A stretch of DNA of 64,000 bases from Octopus bimaculoides. Lineage: Eukaryota. Of the stretch, positions 51,285 through 63,889 are shown one piece after another. The stretch spans positions 2,755,062 through 2,819,061 of the forward strand of contig NC_068986.1 in assembly GCF_001194135.2 (NCBI RefSeq), given 5' to 3'. Each line of letters begins with the position of its first letter. Within the stretch, counting starts at the first letter, position 1. The notes beneath the pieces were generated by a model. The model was not told where the DNA came from. It saw nothing but the letters and a program-made list of their open reading frames with translations, and ran no database searches. The position numbers and the translations under genes are program-made.

Positions 51285-51700
51285 GGTTGATTTCTGTTTA
51301 CCTTTTTTCTTAAACTCCAGCTTTACCAGATTGTCACATTGGCATTTACTAACAAAACTAAGTGCACCAACACAATTTGGGTTTAGCAGCTTTAGGTTTC
51401 GAAGCAGTTGTCCGTAGTTATCCGTTTTCTCTTTGATTTTCGAAGAGAGATTCACATCAGCCAGGCAGCTAACCTCTTTGATGCTACGCACTTTTCCTGT
51501 ATGTCCCAAACAACTTTATCAAGTCAGCTATGTTTGCACCTGGAAGAAGTTGTGATGAGGATGTTTCACCAATATTTCTGGTGTTGATGTTTATAGAAGC
51601 ATTCAATAACAGGGGGCTTCTCTATATTTATCTCAGGGCGGTCTTTTTTTTGGATGGCATTGTTTTTTGTTTTTTTCTAAATAATAGAAATTACCAGTCA
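51285..51700 (-). mobile_element. Second decayed RLE-LINE fragment of the same family
   Basis: EVSCLADVNLSSKIKEKTDNYGQLLRNLKLLNP parallels the 49869-50393 ORF. Confidence 0.7.
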
Positions 51701-51999
51701 TTAGTCAACTACATATTGCTTTCAAATTTTGGCACAAGGCCAGCAATTTCAGAGAAGGGAGTAAGTTGATTACATCGACCCCAGGGCTCAAATGGTACTT
51801 ACTTAATCGACCCCGAATGGATGAAATGCGAAGTGAACCTGGGAGGAATTCGTCAGCTAAGTATTAATTCCAATCCCCAGTAAACCTTAAAGTTTCTTTC
51901 TCCGATTACACCATCGAATAGCCGATTACTGAAGACGAACCCAGTCAGGATTTGAATTTAGAATGCAAAAAGTCGGAAAGAATACTGCAATGCGTTTTA

Positions 52000-52230
52000 A
52001 CCATTTAAAGGAGCCGTATCTGAACCAAATATTCCATCTGTTTTATGTTCAAACCGGCCAGATCCGGCCTGTCACACCTACCCTACAATGTTCTTCTAAA
52101 AGTAAACAATCACATCAGAGAAACCTCGAAGCTACGAGATAGTGCATGATTAATTAAAAAGACAATAGCAAAACAATATGAATAATTAAGCATTACATCT
52201 GGTAGAACAATCTGAATGTGAAAGGACCAA
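52000..52230 (+). repeat. Dispersed repeat; diverged copy at about 29520-29730
   Basis: Shared ttttatgtt.aaac.ggccaga ... tgcatgattaattaaaaa ... aagcatt.cat motifs. Confidence 0.55.
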
Positions 52231-53024
52231 AGATTCTGCCGGTCTGGTGTCCTTGAGCCATATTTGAAATGGAAAGCAGAGCAGGCTATTTCCACTTGAT
52301 TCTAACAATTTCATTTCTAATTCCTATGCATCTTATACTTATATCCCTTCATTTACTTCTAGATGTATAGTATTATACTAAGCTTCTGTTTCAAGAGGTT
52401 ACCTTAATTCAGTTCTATATTTAAGAGATGAGAAATTATGTACATTATTTATATTATTTACATTATTTACATTCGGTGGATATTTGTCCTCATCTTGTTT
52501 GTTGTTAACACAACGTTTCGGCTGATATACCTTCCAGCCTTCATCAGGCTGGAGGGTATATCAGGATTAAGTTATTATCATGTTTTTCCCATTGGTTGAC
52601 AGCTGCTTGTTCTTTTATAAGTTTTGGAACGTTTTTATTTTATCTGAAAGACTTTGAACCTATTGTACCAGAAGCATAAATTGCTTTAATCGCGCTTAAA
52701 ATTACAAAAATAAAGCAACAACAAAAAACAAAAACAGAAACAAAAACATCTTGCGTTGTGCAATGGTACCCGGTTACTGGGATTCAAGCGTTTTGATCAA
52801 CCACGAAGTTCTTCATTGCTTTTTTCGTTTCTAGAATACTGCTTTGACTTTCTTGCTAGACATGAAAAACCACTCGGTTGTTAATTCCTTCACTTGAGCT
52901 TTGTTCCCGTCAAACTAGTTTCGGTGTTTTCTTGTGATGAGACCCATGTGCCCTGGACAAGCTGCAGATCTGCCTGTCTTTACAGAGGTCCACACATTTT
53001 AAACTGTGATGCAATGTTTCTGTT

Positions 53025-53130
53025 TTATGTAAGCATGTATGTATGTATGTATGTATGCATGTATGTATGCATGTATGTATGTATGTATGTATGCATGTAT
53101 GTATGTATGTATGTATGTATGTATGTACAC
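53025..53130. repeat. (TATG)n tetranucleotide microsatellite
   Basis: Direct reading; similar at 50630-50685, 51150-51190, and (CATA)n at 61210-61340. Confidence 0.95.
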
Positions 53131-53407
53131 ACGAGCAGATGTCACTGCACATGTATGTGTGTGCGTGTGCGTGCGTGTGTGTGTGTGTGCGTGCGTGTGT
53201 GTTTGTGTGTATATTTCTCTGAAGAAGATCCTTGCCCGAAACGTCAGAAGTCACCTCTTTGCACTGCACATAATCTTATCCCGTTTAATGAAATTTGATC
53301 GCATTTATGATATATTAGACGTCCATCCGTTCACATACGCGCACAAATATATTAAACTCTTAATTTCGAAAAGCATATTTTAGAGAAGAGGCGATTCTAT
53401 AACTTAC

Positions 53408-53644
53408 CTCATTTTTCGCCAGTTGTTGTCGCTGGGAATCATATTCGTGAAAATCTTCGTATTCCCCTCGATAAATATTATCGGTGATTTCTGTTTTTAA
53501 AAATGGATTGCTCTTCAATGCATGTACATAGTCTACAAACTCCATCCGACCGCTATTACCGTACTTTTTTTTGAAGAGATTAATTGTAGCCGCAATGATC
53601 ACCTGACAATTGAAATATTTGTTGACATCATAAGAATTTACAAA
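53408..53644 (-). CDS. Secreted-protein gene exon 3
   Basis: gttgaag| acceptor (alternative in-frame acceptor ttgtcag| gives start 53602), gag|gtaagt donor; FVNSYDVNKYFNCQVIIAATINLFKKKYGNSGRMEFVDYVHALKSNPFLKTEITDNIYRGEYEDFHEYDSQRQQLAKNE. Confidence 0.8.
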
Positions 53645-53931
53645 CTTCAACAGAACGTGAAATAATTTGTTTAGGAACAGTGAAACTCGATGCAAATAAA
53701 GCTATAAATAACAGCGCATAAATATTGGGTTAGAAAAAGTCTAAGGCTTCTATTTTAAAGTTTCTTTTTAACCGAATATTTACACGTTATTGCTTATAAC
53801 TTTATCTACTTCGAGTTTCACCGTTCCAAAAACATACTTGTATTTAATATGTACGGTATATATTACACACATACGCGCGCGCTCGATCACTCACNNNNNN
53901 NNNNNNNNNNNNNNNNNNNNNNNNNNNNNNN

Positions 53932-53971
<40 letters not shown>

Positions 53972-54492
53972 GCACAGACTCGCACAGACACACAGACACA
54001 CAGATAAGCAGACAGCTACACACACACACACACGCATAAGCACACGCACAGAGTTTTTGGGAACAGTAAACCACAAAAAGGTACTGTTGTAGAAGCTAGC
54101 TGCATTGCGACTGGAAATATTTCAATAAAAATCAGTGGGAAAGAAAATATTTGCAGTCAACTACTTCAAAACTATGAATTTCTCCTCGAAGATTATATAT
54201 TTATAATTGATTCTATTGATTATGCTGTACTTATGTTATTAAAAAGAAAAATAGAAATGGTATTTTCATGCAAGTTGTGTTACCTCAACAAACTTGACTT
54301 ATCTTAACAGAAAAGAGCTTCAAATACGATATTCCTTGACAAAAGTTGGATTGGTATATAAAACTGCGTTTTTCAGTTAAGGGAGTAAGGAAATTTTGAG
54401 TGGATATATCTACTTTCCGCAGTAAAAGGGTTCAGAAACAAAAACCGCAGTTTCAGGTAGTGCCATCTTAAGGTATGGATATATTGGACGGT

Positions 54493-55055
54493 GGCCCGGG
54501 GTCGAAATTTTTTTCCCGCGAGAATTCCAGACCCCAGTTATGAACTCATTTTGCATACAACCAACCAGAGTTCAACTATCAAACTAATTTATTAGCGCAT
54601 AAGAATTAACAGACAATAAGATAAGGTCACTCGGGTAAGGAATGACCATGCTTCTTTTCACTTTTAATAATGATTGTTGTTCTTGTTCTTGTTTCAACCA
54701 TGGCTGCCTCTGCGTAGTTATTTGTGTTGTTGTTTACTTCGTAAAACAGTAAGGGGAGAGGATTGCTAGCACATCACCCACATTTTCCCCATCCACATCT
54801 TTACCATATGGGGCCCTAACAAAATCCGATAATAGGCATAGATGCAAATCTATCTAATTACTTGTCTCCTTCTAAAATCAGTCATAACTTGGCGATCGGT
54901 AGACTTACAACACCGTTCTTCGTCTTGAGTTTACTTGGTAGAGTGTGTTTGTTAACTTGACATGGTCGAGGTGAGCTCTGATTGGCTGTATGCAAATGAG
55001 TTCATTACTGGGGTCCGGAACTCTCGTGGGAAAAACAATTCGCTGCCCGGGGCCC
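54493..55055. mobile_element. Inverted-repeat element, copy 2 (octamer + CCAAT in the arms)
   Basis: Arms about 54493-54575 and 54970-55055 are reverse complements; the interior is unrelated to copy 1. Confidence 0.65.
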
Positions 55056-57190
55056 TCACGGATCTAGGGACACCAATGTTGTCCTCTGTGGTGGTGTATA
55101 TAAAAACCCAACTCTTTTGCTTTGTCCTGGCGGTCTGTCTTGGCGGTTAAGACGGACTTGGCTACATATGAACAACCCATTCATACTCTATTAAAAAAAT
55201 CAGTCTGTACTTGCAACGAGAGCATTAAATGCTTTTCTAATATATATAATATTATAACATTATAACTCGTAAGTTACCTTACCATTTCGCATTTGTCTTG
55301 CTTCTATATGTTGGTTCCCTGACGATGAATATATGTGCAATTCCAGAAGCTCTTACTTCTTTGGAGTAGAGTGCACATATATTTTGAAACATATGTAGGA
55401 ATTAAAGGAACTTTTATTTATATGCGTTTTGCTCCATTTATTATTATTCATATCTACTCAAAATGCATCGCTTTAACGTATGTATGTATGCATATACAGG
55501 GTGTGAAAAAATGTAAGTGCAAGTGCAGAATAGATAGTCACCAAGTAGTGTTCAGAGAAAGCGAATTCTTAAACTGCAGCTTTCTAATCAGGACGAGGTC
55601 ATCCAGAAGTAGAATAGTCGGTCAGCAGAACGACCTTAATGAACGTATATCAACAAGGAGAGACGAACAAAAACATTATAGGCTTCAAGAATGTTTTTAT
55701 ATGAATTACTGCGTATACATTTTACAGGATGTTAGCAGGCCTTGTATTTATAGTTGTTTCAAGTAACCAATCAATAGTTGATATTAACACTGTATATTAT
55801 GTAGATAAGTGTAATAGTGAGGTAATACTAATTAGTCTTAAACACATAAGAAAAGAAGATACAAGCTTAGATGTTTATGATTAGTATTCTTTATTGCTCT
55901 GGGCACAAAATCCGAAACTTTTGGGGAGGGGGCCAATCGATTAGATCGACCCCAGTACGCAACTGGTACTTAATTCATCGAACCTGAAAGAATGAAAGGC
56001 AAAGTCGACCTCGGTGGAATTTGAACTCAGAACGTAGAGGCAGGCGAAATACCGCTAAGCATTTATGATTAATATTGCCCCAGGATTACACCTGTCTACA
56101 GAATATGTATTATTATATCAATTATTTACTAATCATTTTAAACAAAGCCAGCTTACATCATATAAACTTTACTTGCAATTCTCCATACAAATAGATTCCT
56201 TACATCTATAATTGTTTGTCCGTCATTCTTTTTGCTCTCTCTGTCTCTTTCTCTGTTTGTCTTTATCTCTCTCTCTTCTTTTCTCCCCCCACTCTCTCTC
56301 TCTATATTGTTGCTATTATGTTTTTTACAATATTTATTTTTGCTTGCTATAACCGGTTCTTTTGGTCAAACTATCGTATCTCCAGCTGCTTCAGATGCCA
56401 AGATATTAAAAATTGTCAAAGTGTAGTAAAACGGTTTTGTTATGGAATGGCGAAACTATTTTTGCGTTTTCTGAAAATGCAACGTTTTGGACTTCCGACA
56501 CTTTTGTATAACAGCAACGATATATATATACTATCAACAGAAGAATCCAGAGTAATCCATAGGCAGGAGAGGTGCAGCCGGAGTGTAGAAAGTCCAAAAG
56601 AGTGTAGAAAGGTAGAAAGTCCAGCGGAGAAGTTCGTGAATGATGAGAAGAGACAGGATCAACTGGTGCGACCACGTGAGCGTGTGATATATATAGGGAG
56701 AATTCACAACCCCCCCCCCAAAAAAAAAAACAAAAGACGAAGACAGGTGGTGTAGAAAACAAACAGATGTATTGGTACAACGCTCGGGAATTGAAAAAGT
56801 CTTTAACGTTTCGAGCCTACGCTCTTCCACAGAAAGAAAAAGCAGAGATAAAAAAAAAAAGCTTTTTTTCTCTCCGTGTTTCNNNNNNNNNNNNNNNNNN
56901 NNNNNNNNNNNNNNNNNNNNNNNNNNNNNNNNNNNNNNNNNNNNNNNNNNNNNNNNNNNNNNNNNNNNNNNNNNNNNNNNNNNNNNNNNNNNNNNNNNNN
57001 NNNNNNNNNNNNNNNNNNNNNNNNNNNNNNNNNNNNNNNNNNNNNNNNNNNNNNNNNNNNNNNNNNNNNNNNNNNNNNNNNNNNNNNNNNNNNNNNNNNN
57101 NNNNNNNNNNNNNNNNNNNNNNNNNNNNNNNNNNNNNNNNNNNNNNNNNNNNNNNNNNNNNNNNNNNNNNNNNNNNNNNNNNNNNNNNNN

Positions 57191-57235
<45 letters not shown>

Positions 57236-57299
57236 CACAAATTGAGATGATCATATTGCCAATTGAGATTATGATATTACCTTTATGTAGGTAGCCTCC

Positions 57300-57690
57300 A
57301 AGAAGTTCACATTTCGATTTTAGGAAAGCACTCTCCGCCAACCACAGTCTGTGTCTTCAAATAGCCCAGAACGTTCCAGTAGTCTCCAGTTCATGTTATA
57401 TGATGTTGCTCCCCCTTTTACTCTCCATATATAGCAGGTTAAATTTGTAGTACTCTCCTGGATTCTAAAAGAGGATCCATGATTATTTAACCTGGTCTTA
57501 AAGAAACGCTCTGTCGTTCTGACATATTTCTGCAAAGGTGTCGTTCCTTTGGTGTTGTTCGATACTTCTGCTTCGTTGACCACGGCTTCGGCGTTAACCT
57601 TTCACTAATATTTTTTGACACTAAGTGCGCAGCTGAATGCAACTCTTTTGTTGGATATTTTATTCTATCTAGATATCTTAGAATCATAAG
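57300..57690 (-). mobile_element. Penelope-like element fragment (GIY-YIG endonuclease region)
   Basis: KYVRTTERFFKTRLNNHGSSFR...TNLTCYIWRVK...SYNMNWRLLERS resembles the Penelope GIY-YIG C-terminal region (YIG.T...FK.R..NH..SF). Confidence 0.7.
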
Positions 57691-57744
57691 TCGAATGCCT
57701 TAACCATTAAGCTACAAACAAAGAAAAGAAAATATATTGCTTAC

Positions 57745-57935
57745 TTGTAAATCTTCGTCCAGTGTTTTAATAGTTGCGTTGTTGAGGTCACCATAGTTGA
57801 CAGCCATTTTACAGAAATAAGGAATACGGTCTGAATTCATGAGGTCATCAACAGAGTTGCCATTCCATACCTTTCGGGCGTTAATTATAACATCGGATAT
57901 TTTATCCAACTCGAGAATACCAGCATTAGCAACAC
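57745..57935 (-). CDS. Secreted-protein gene exon 2
   Basis: attttag| ... caa|gtaagc; GVANAGILELDKISDVIINARKVWNGNSVDDLMNSDRIPYFCKMAVNYGDLNNATIKTLDEDLQ; 191 nt. Confidence 0.85.
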
Positions 57936-58818
57936 CTAAAATTGTTGGTAAGATGAATGATACAAAAAGAAATTTTGTAAAAGTGTAGCCGTAGCATTTT
58001 ATACAGGTTTCATTTGAGAATTGAAAACAAATTAATTATAAAAAGTGACAGTGAATTGTTCTCGTTATGTCTGTCACTGCAGTTTTATTGTTAGCTACAA
58101 GATATGTGCTTTTATATCTATTAGTAACTGACTGAATGTATAACTTTCAGACACTTAGACTTTTACGCCACACACAATCACGAAACAATCAACGACTAAT
58201 TAATAACTGAATGAACTAGCTTCGCTAAATGAGAAAGCAAACTTCAGATTGGTTACCTGAAAATCTATAATCCTTTTCATATTACCTTTTATAACTACAA
58301 TAGTTTCTGTATTTATCATATATCATACTTTATTTTGCAAGCTGTTTGTAAAATCTACACTCAAAGGCCCTACCTCAAATCATACAAAGAAGGTAAATAT
58401 TCAATTTTTCATCTGCACTATTTATTTATTTATTTATGTGTTTCAGCCAAGTGGCTGCGGTCATGCTGGTGCACCACTATGTCCAATGTTTTACTGTGAA
58501 TTCATTAATTTTTTTTTTAAAGGTAAGGATTCGTTTTTGTCGATAATTCAGTGAAAAAGAAAAAAAAAGAAAAAATAATTAGCAACCATATTTACCTCAG
58601 TTTGGGTCAATAATGATGCCTAAACCCAAATATTGTGTAACTTGCTTTTAATTACTGAATCGCACACACACACGCACACGCACGCACACACACACACACA
58701 CGCACACNNNNNNNNNNNNNNNNNNNNNNNNNNNNNNNNNNNNNNNNNNNNNNNNNNNNNNNNNNNNNNNNNNNNNNNNNNNNNNNNNNNNNNNNNNNNN
58801 NNNNNNNNNNNNNNNNNN

Positions 58819-58849
<31 letters not shown>

Positions 58850-59076
58850 TCAGATGGTTAAATTTCCAACTATTCTAAGTAGCAACAAAATAAGCTACTT
58901 TTGTTTTACAGACAGCTTATTTTAACTGATGGAAAACAGCTAATTTTGTTTTTGTTTTTTAAATAAATACTCTACTCACCCTAAAGGCATTAGTAATAAT
59001 AAATGTAGTACAAGATACGTTAAGGTTTGGGTTGGATTTCTATTAAAATATCTCTGTTGGAATATTCGGTACGTAC

Positions 59077-59128
59077 CACTTGCGTACACGACCGCAAATA
59101 GGAAAAGGACCGGAGCTGAAAACTTCAT
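59077..59128 (-). CDS. Secreted-protein gene exon 1 (signal peptide)
   Basis: aaccATG context; MKFSAPVLFLFAVVYAS then g|gtacgt donor in phase 1, matching the next acceptor. Confidence 0.8.
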
Positions 59129-59260
59129 GGTTTGTTTTGGTCGCCTGATTCGTTTCCAACTGACAGAGGCCTTACACTTTGAGCTTAGTTTATATTACTA
59201 TTTTAGCAGATGGTTGATTCTCAAGACAATTGTATATTGAAAGTGAAAAGGTCACGCCCA

Positions 59261-59268
59261 CTTATATA
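59261..59268 (-). promoter_or_regulatory. TATA box of the secreted-protein gene
   Basis: TATATAAG on the - strand about 130 nt upstream of the ATG at 59128. Confidence 0.6.
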
Positions 59269-59732
59269 AATGTCTCTCTCTCTCTATATATATGTATGAT
59301 TTTAAATTTTAGTTAAAATCTATTCTCATCTTCGTTAATTTCTTCAGTGTAGTAAGTGATATACTGTAAAGAATTGGACTAAAGGAATGAGAATAAAGAA
59401 TTGAGCGGTAATGCCGATAGTCAACAGGTGTTTTCTGTTTATTAGATTAAGCCTTTAGTTCTGATACACTTTCTCCTCAATAAACTATTCTTCCAGTTAT
59501 GTGAGAATCAATGCAGAAACTTAGAAAACTACAAAAGCGCCATTGCTCATTGGACAATTTAAACCTAGCGCTACAAATGGCCCATTTGTTAGCCCTGTAT
59601 AACTAGCTTTTATTTAGAAAAAGAAATCACTCTCGCATTATTGTGGCTTCGGGGTGTTTACTTTGTATGCAGCGCAAAATCGAAAATATGAATAGAATTG
59701 CTTTACATCTTAACTCTTTGAAGTTTTTTTTA

Positions 59733-59791
<59 letters not shown>

Positions 59792-62700
59792 TGTGTGTGT
59801 GCGTATGCATGTATATGTATAAAATAACGTGCTAGCAAAATTATGTTAAGTATCATATAAAATTAAATCCATTCATTAAAAATATTCATTCTTAATTTTA
59901 ATTTCTGTGTGTATATTGTTTCTAATTTCCTGATGCTATAGAACATAAAGGGTGACACAAAAAGCAATGCCAACTACACAAAATGCAGGTCACCATTTTG
60001 ATATTAGAAAATCATGTTTATATGTATTTCATCTATCGCGTATTTTCCTCATATAGCAAAAGTGTAATAGTATATTTTGGATCGAGAGACCTTCTTTTTC
60101 TGTTACATTATTTAGGGACTGGAAGTGGTGTCTTTAAACTAACATTTTTGAGAGACGTTGAAAGCCCGCTTCTGCATAACATTTGAAAAGAACTAAACGG
60201 ATATCCGGAAAATATACTGAATGTAAAAAAGAAAAAGAAAAAGAAAAACCCATAAAATCTCTAGTTAAATAAGATATATTTATTGGTTAACCAGTTATTA
60301 AAAGAAACCAAAGATTTGTTGAGTACATCTAATTTATGAAGGGACATTTTAATGCAGTACATAGCAAATCCGTCTGTTCGATATAGTTAAATATATTTCG
60401 AAGCAAAATGTTAAATTTTTGACTAAAACAGAAACACATTTTAATACTGGAGATCTGTTTCAAAATAAAGGATTGCAATGCTGCAAAAAAATATTGGTTT
60501 CTAATTTTTGCACAAGGCCAGCAGTTTCAGAGGGAGGGGGCTAAGTCGATTACACCGACCCTAGTAGTCAACTGGTATTTATTTTATCGACCCTGAAAGG
60601 ATGAAGAACAAAGTCGACTTCGGTGGAATATGAACTCAGAATGTAAATACGGACGAAATGTCGCTAAGCATTTTGTCCGGTGCGCTAACGATACTACCAG
60701 CTTGCGTTATATAACAAAAGAATATTATTATGTCTTTATATTAATCAATATTGGCAAAAATTATTCTTCTTTATCATGAATTTTAATGCAGAGTCAACGT
60801 TAACACCGTGGCGTATAACAGTAAAAAGAATAGATGTCTACCTAAACTATATTTGTTATATTTCTACTACTTGTGTATTTAAATTTTAAGAAGTTTTTTT
60901 TTTAACAATAGCATCATTGGTTACAGGGGTCTGATAGGCCATCCACTGGTTCGCTGCGTTTCTAACCGCGAGATTGACACTGGTGGCACAGTGAAGATCT
61001 GTATGACGTTCCAAAAATACTCCATCTAAGATTCTTATGTGAATAGATGCACACACTTGGATGTATACTTCAATATTTCAACCAACACACCGTTTCAAAC
61101 ATATATTGAGAAACACCAGGAACTCTCTTAACTCAAGAAATCTTGTCGCTTTGTTAGTGACTGGCTTGAACTCTCCCAAGAAGAACTTAAATTAAACTCA
61201 AAGAAAAATCATACATACATACATAAATGCATGCACCCACGCACGCACGTACACATACATACATACATACATGCATACATACATGCATACATACATGCAT
61301 ACATACATCCATACATACATGCATACATGCATACATACACACATGTCGAGGAGTTTCTGGAAAACAGATTTCCGGATCGGACGGCCTACAGAAGTTGAAA
61401 TTTCTCCGTTTTGAAGGGGATTTTTTCCAATGTTTTTCACCAAAGTCTTTAGAATGATGGGAGGCATCTTCACGAAAACCCAAAAAATTTTGAAATTTTT
61501 TTCACTCCCGCCACCCTCTCACTACCTCAGTTCAAAACGAGTTTGGCCATTTTTTTTCACTTAAAATCCGTGAAACATTTTCAATTTTAAAAAAATGTCA
61601 ATAATTTCTGAGGAAAATGTGTGATTTAAGGGATATCTGGCTGTTCTTTCTAGCACATCTCAAAACCTCCCTCCTTGTTTCTTTCTCACTCACACATCTA
61701 TTGATATTTTTCAATATTTTTCTCCCCATAAACAAATTTCATGGAATGACGATGCCAAAGTGACACACATGGAATCCCAACCGATCGAGGCCGTGTTATG
61801 TGTGTGTGTGTGTAAGAAAAATAACACCTAAAAACATCTTTAGTGTTCATATTAATCTGTCAAATGTAATGCTTATTTGTTCGCATTATTTTGAATTATT
61901 CAGGTTAAAGAGGGATGTCCACAATATTTGCTTGTAACTTTGTGAATTTTTTACATACAGATTTGAAGTTTTGTCAGTGGGTGCTTTATATACCACTGGT
62001 TTATTGTTATGTAAATTTAGCTGATCATGGTGCGTAAATTTGAATTTTATGGGCAGGTAAATTCAGTTAACAGGTGTAAAAGCAATAATACTATGGATAA
62101 ACACTAAAATTGAAAATCTTAATGCATCTTACCTGTTTGATTTGTTACTAAAATTCAACCGACAAAAATTTTGCCACTTTTCAAGATGAGCTACATTAAT
62201 TTGAATTAATTAAAAAAAACAGGTATAATCTGTACAAGATTTTATTCTTTCAATAAATATTTTGTACCTCGGTGTGGAATTATTTTTTTCATAGTTTTTA
62301 CGAGTGCATTCAACGTATCTCACCGCCAAATCTGCCGCAAGCCACTTTTTTCCAGAAAAGAAAGGTGTGAAGGGTGGTAGGGACCTCGAAGTTTCTTACC
62401 AAGGGAGTTTTGTTTCGCGGGTTTTTTTTTCTTTTCCAGGTTATTTTGCATGCTTCCAACGAATGTGACATCGAAACCAAGCGTAAACGGCTCCTTTTTC
62501 CGTTTTGGTTGCTATTTTTAGCATACCCTGCTACCACGTAACAGCTATTTGCGTTCACACTGAAATATCTACCAACTTTTTTCCCTCCATTTACTTTTTC
62601 CACTTTTTGGAAGTCAATATTTTCTCTGTTGACATCCACCTCAGTTAATTTTGCTTTTCTCCCGGTTCTGAGCATTCTGGAAGAAAAGCCCTCACATTAT

Positions 62701-63105
62701 CTCAATACTACGAGATTTTACTAACGTGATTTGTTTATTTTTCTAAAAGATTNNNNNNNNNNNNNNNNNNNNNNNNNNNNNNNNNNNNNNNNNNNNNNNN
62801 NNNNNNNNNNNNNNNNNNNNNNNNNNNNNNNNNNNNNNNNNNNNNNNNNNNNNNNNNNNNNNATTAATACTTTTTATAAAGTAAGCAAATGCTTACTTTA
62901 TAGTTTTAAATTTCAAAGAGCTTTAAAAAGGCTGATTTCATAGTTTTGGCCCCTTTTAAAGGTTTTTAAAGGCTTTTAGAGCCAGAAAAGGGTAAAAAAA
63001 AAAACTCAAATGAAATACAATATTAGTATTAAATTAAATAGAGTTTATTGATAAAGTGGCCGTAAAAAAAAAAAAAAAAAATGAAAAACATGATAAATAC
63101 ATAAT

Positions 63106-63563
63106 TTAATTTTTCCTCTTCTCATCCATTTTGTTGATGAGATTCATATTGCCTTTCATGAAAATTAACATAGTAAAATCTTTATCAGACAAGGACGATC
63201 TCTTGGCACTCAAGATGTCCTTGCGCATGGAAAATAAACGTTCAGTTGTAGCACTGGAAATGATGGCTGTATTGAACTTGAACAAGACCACCAACACTTG
63301 CTCACTCAAGAAGGCAGCAGCCAGTTGGCATTCCTCATCGTCCAGGAGGGTCGCAAATCTTTTGTCGATGCCTTCCAAAACTGCGTTGACCAAAGGGCTA
63401 CAGTAGACGAGTTTTGAGTTAACGGACTTGAGTTAACGGAAGCTAAATGTAACGGAAGTTAATTAGTCCGATAATGATTTTCTAAGTTAACTTTGAAAGT
63501 TAAATCGTTAGCAAAAATGTTAACTTCGTTAATTAACGATTAACGGACTTACGCCCAGCACTG
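63106..63563 (-). mobile_element. Internally deleted hAT transposon: terminus plus C-terminal dimerisation-domain remnant
   Basis: CAGTGCTGGGCG terminus at 63563 with clustered TTAACG subterminal repeats; ORF 63106-63393 FKFNTAIISSATTERLFSMRKDILSAKRSSLSDKDFTMLIFMKGN = hAT dimerisation signature (P.SSA..ERLFS). Confidence 0.85.
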
Positions 63564-63589
63564 TATACACATATACATATAGAGCGTGA

Positions 63590-63785
63590 ACAAAGGTACT
63601 TCCCCTGCCATAGGCTCATAAGGCCTGTCTGTCGCAGGATTTCTCAGTTTTGCCAGCTGAGGGGACCGGACCAAAGTGAAATGAAGTGCTTTGCTTAAGA
63701 ACATAACGCATCGCTTGGTCCAGGAATTGAAACCACCAGATAACGACCATGAGAGCAACACCTTAACCACTAAGTCACGCACCGC
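63590..63785 (-). mobile_element. tRNA-derived SINE (same family as 41268-41490)
   Basis: Reverse complement gacttagtggttaaggtgttgctctcatggtcg...ggtttcaattcctgg...cacttcatttcactttggtcc. Confidence 0.7.
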
Positions 63786-63851
63786 CACACACACACACAC
63801 GTGCACGCGCGCACGCACACACACACACAAACACACACACATACACACACA

Positions 63852-63889
<38 letters not shown>

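Larger units (their letters stand above)
42634..59128 (-). other. Whole gene span: predicted secreted protein of unknown function, 5 coding exons, 906 nt CDS = 301 aa
   Basis: Exons 59128-59077, 57935-57745, 53644-53408, 45283-45053, 42828-42634 join in frame (phases 1,0,0,0); N-terminal signal-peptide pattern, upstream TATA box and downstream AATAAA. Confidence 0.82.

Noticed and set aside
58981-59053. Apparent exon RYFNRNPTQTLTYLVLHLLLLMPLG with AG/GT ends
   Set aside because: No start codon and the phase does not match exon 2; the upstream ATG exon (59128-59077) fits exactly. It could still be a minor alternative segment
62310-62675. 121-aa ORF near the hAT remnant
   Set aside because: No transposase or other motif recognised; probably non-coding element interior
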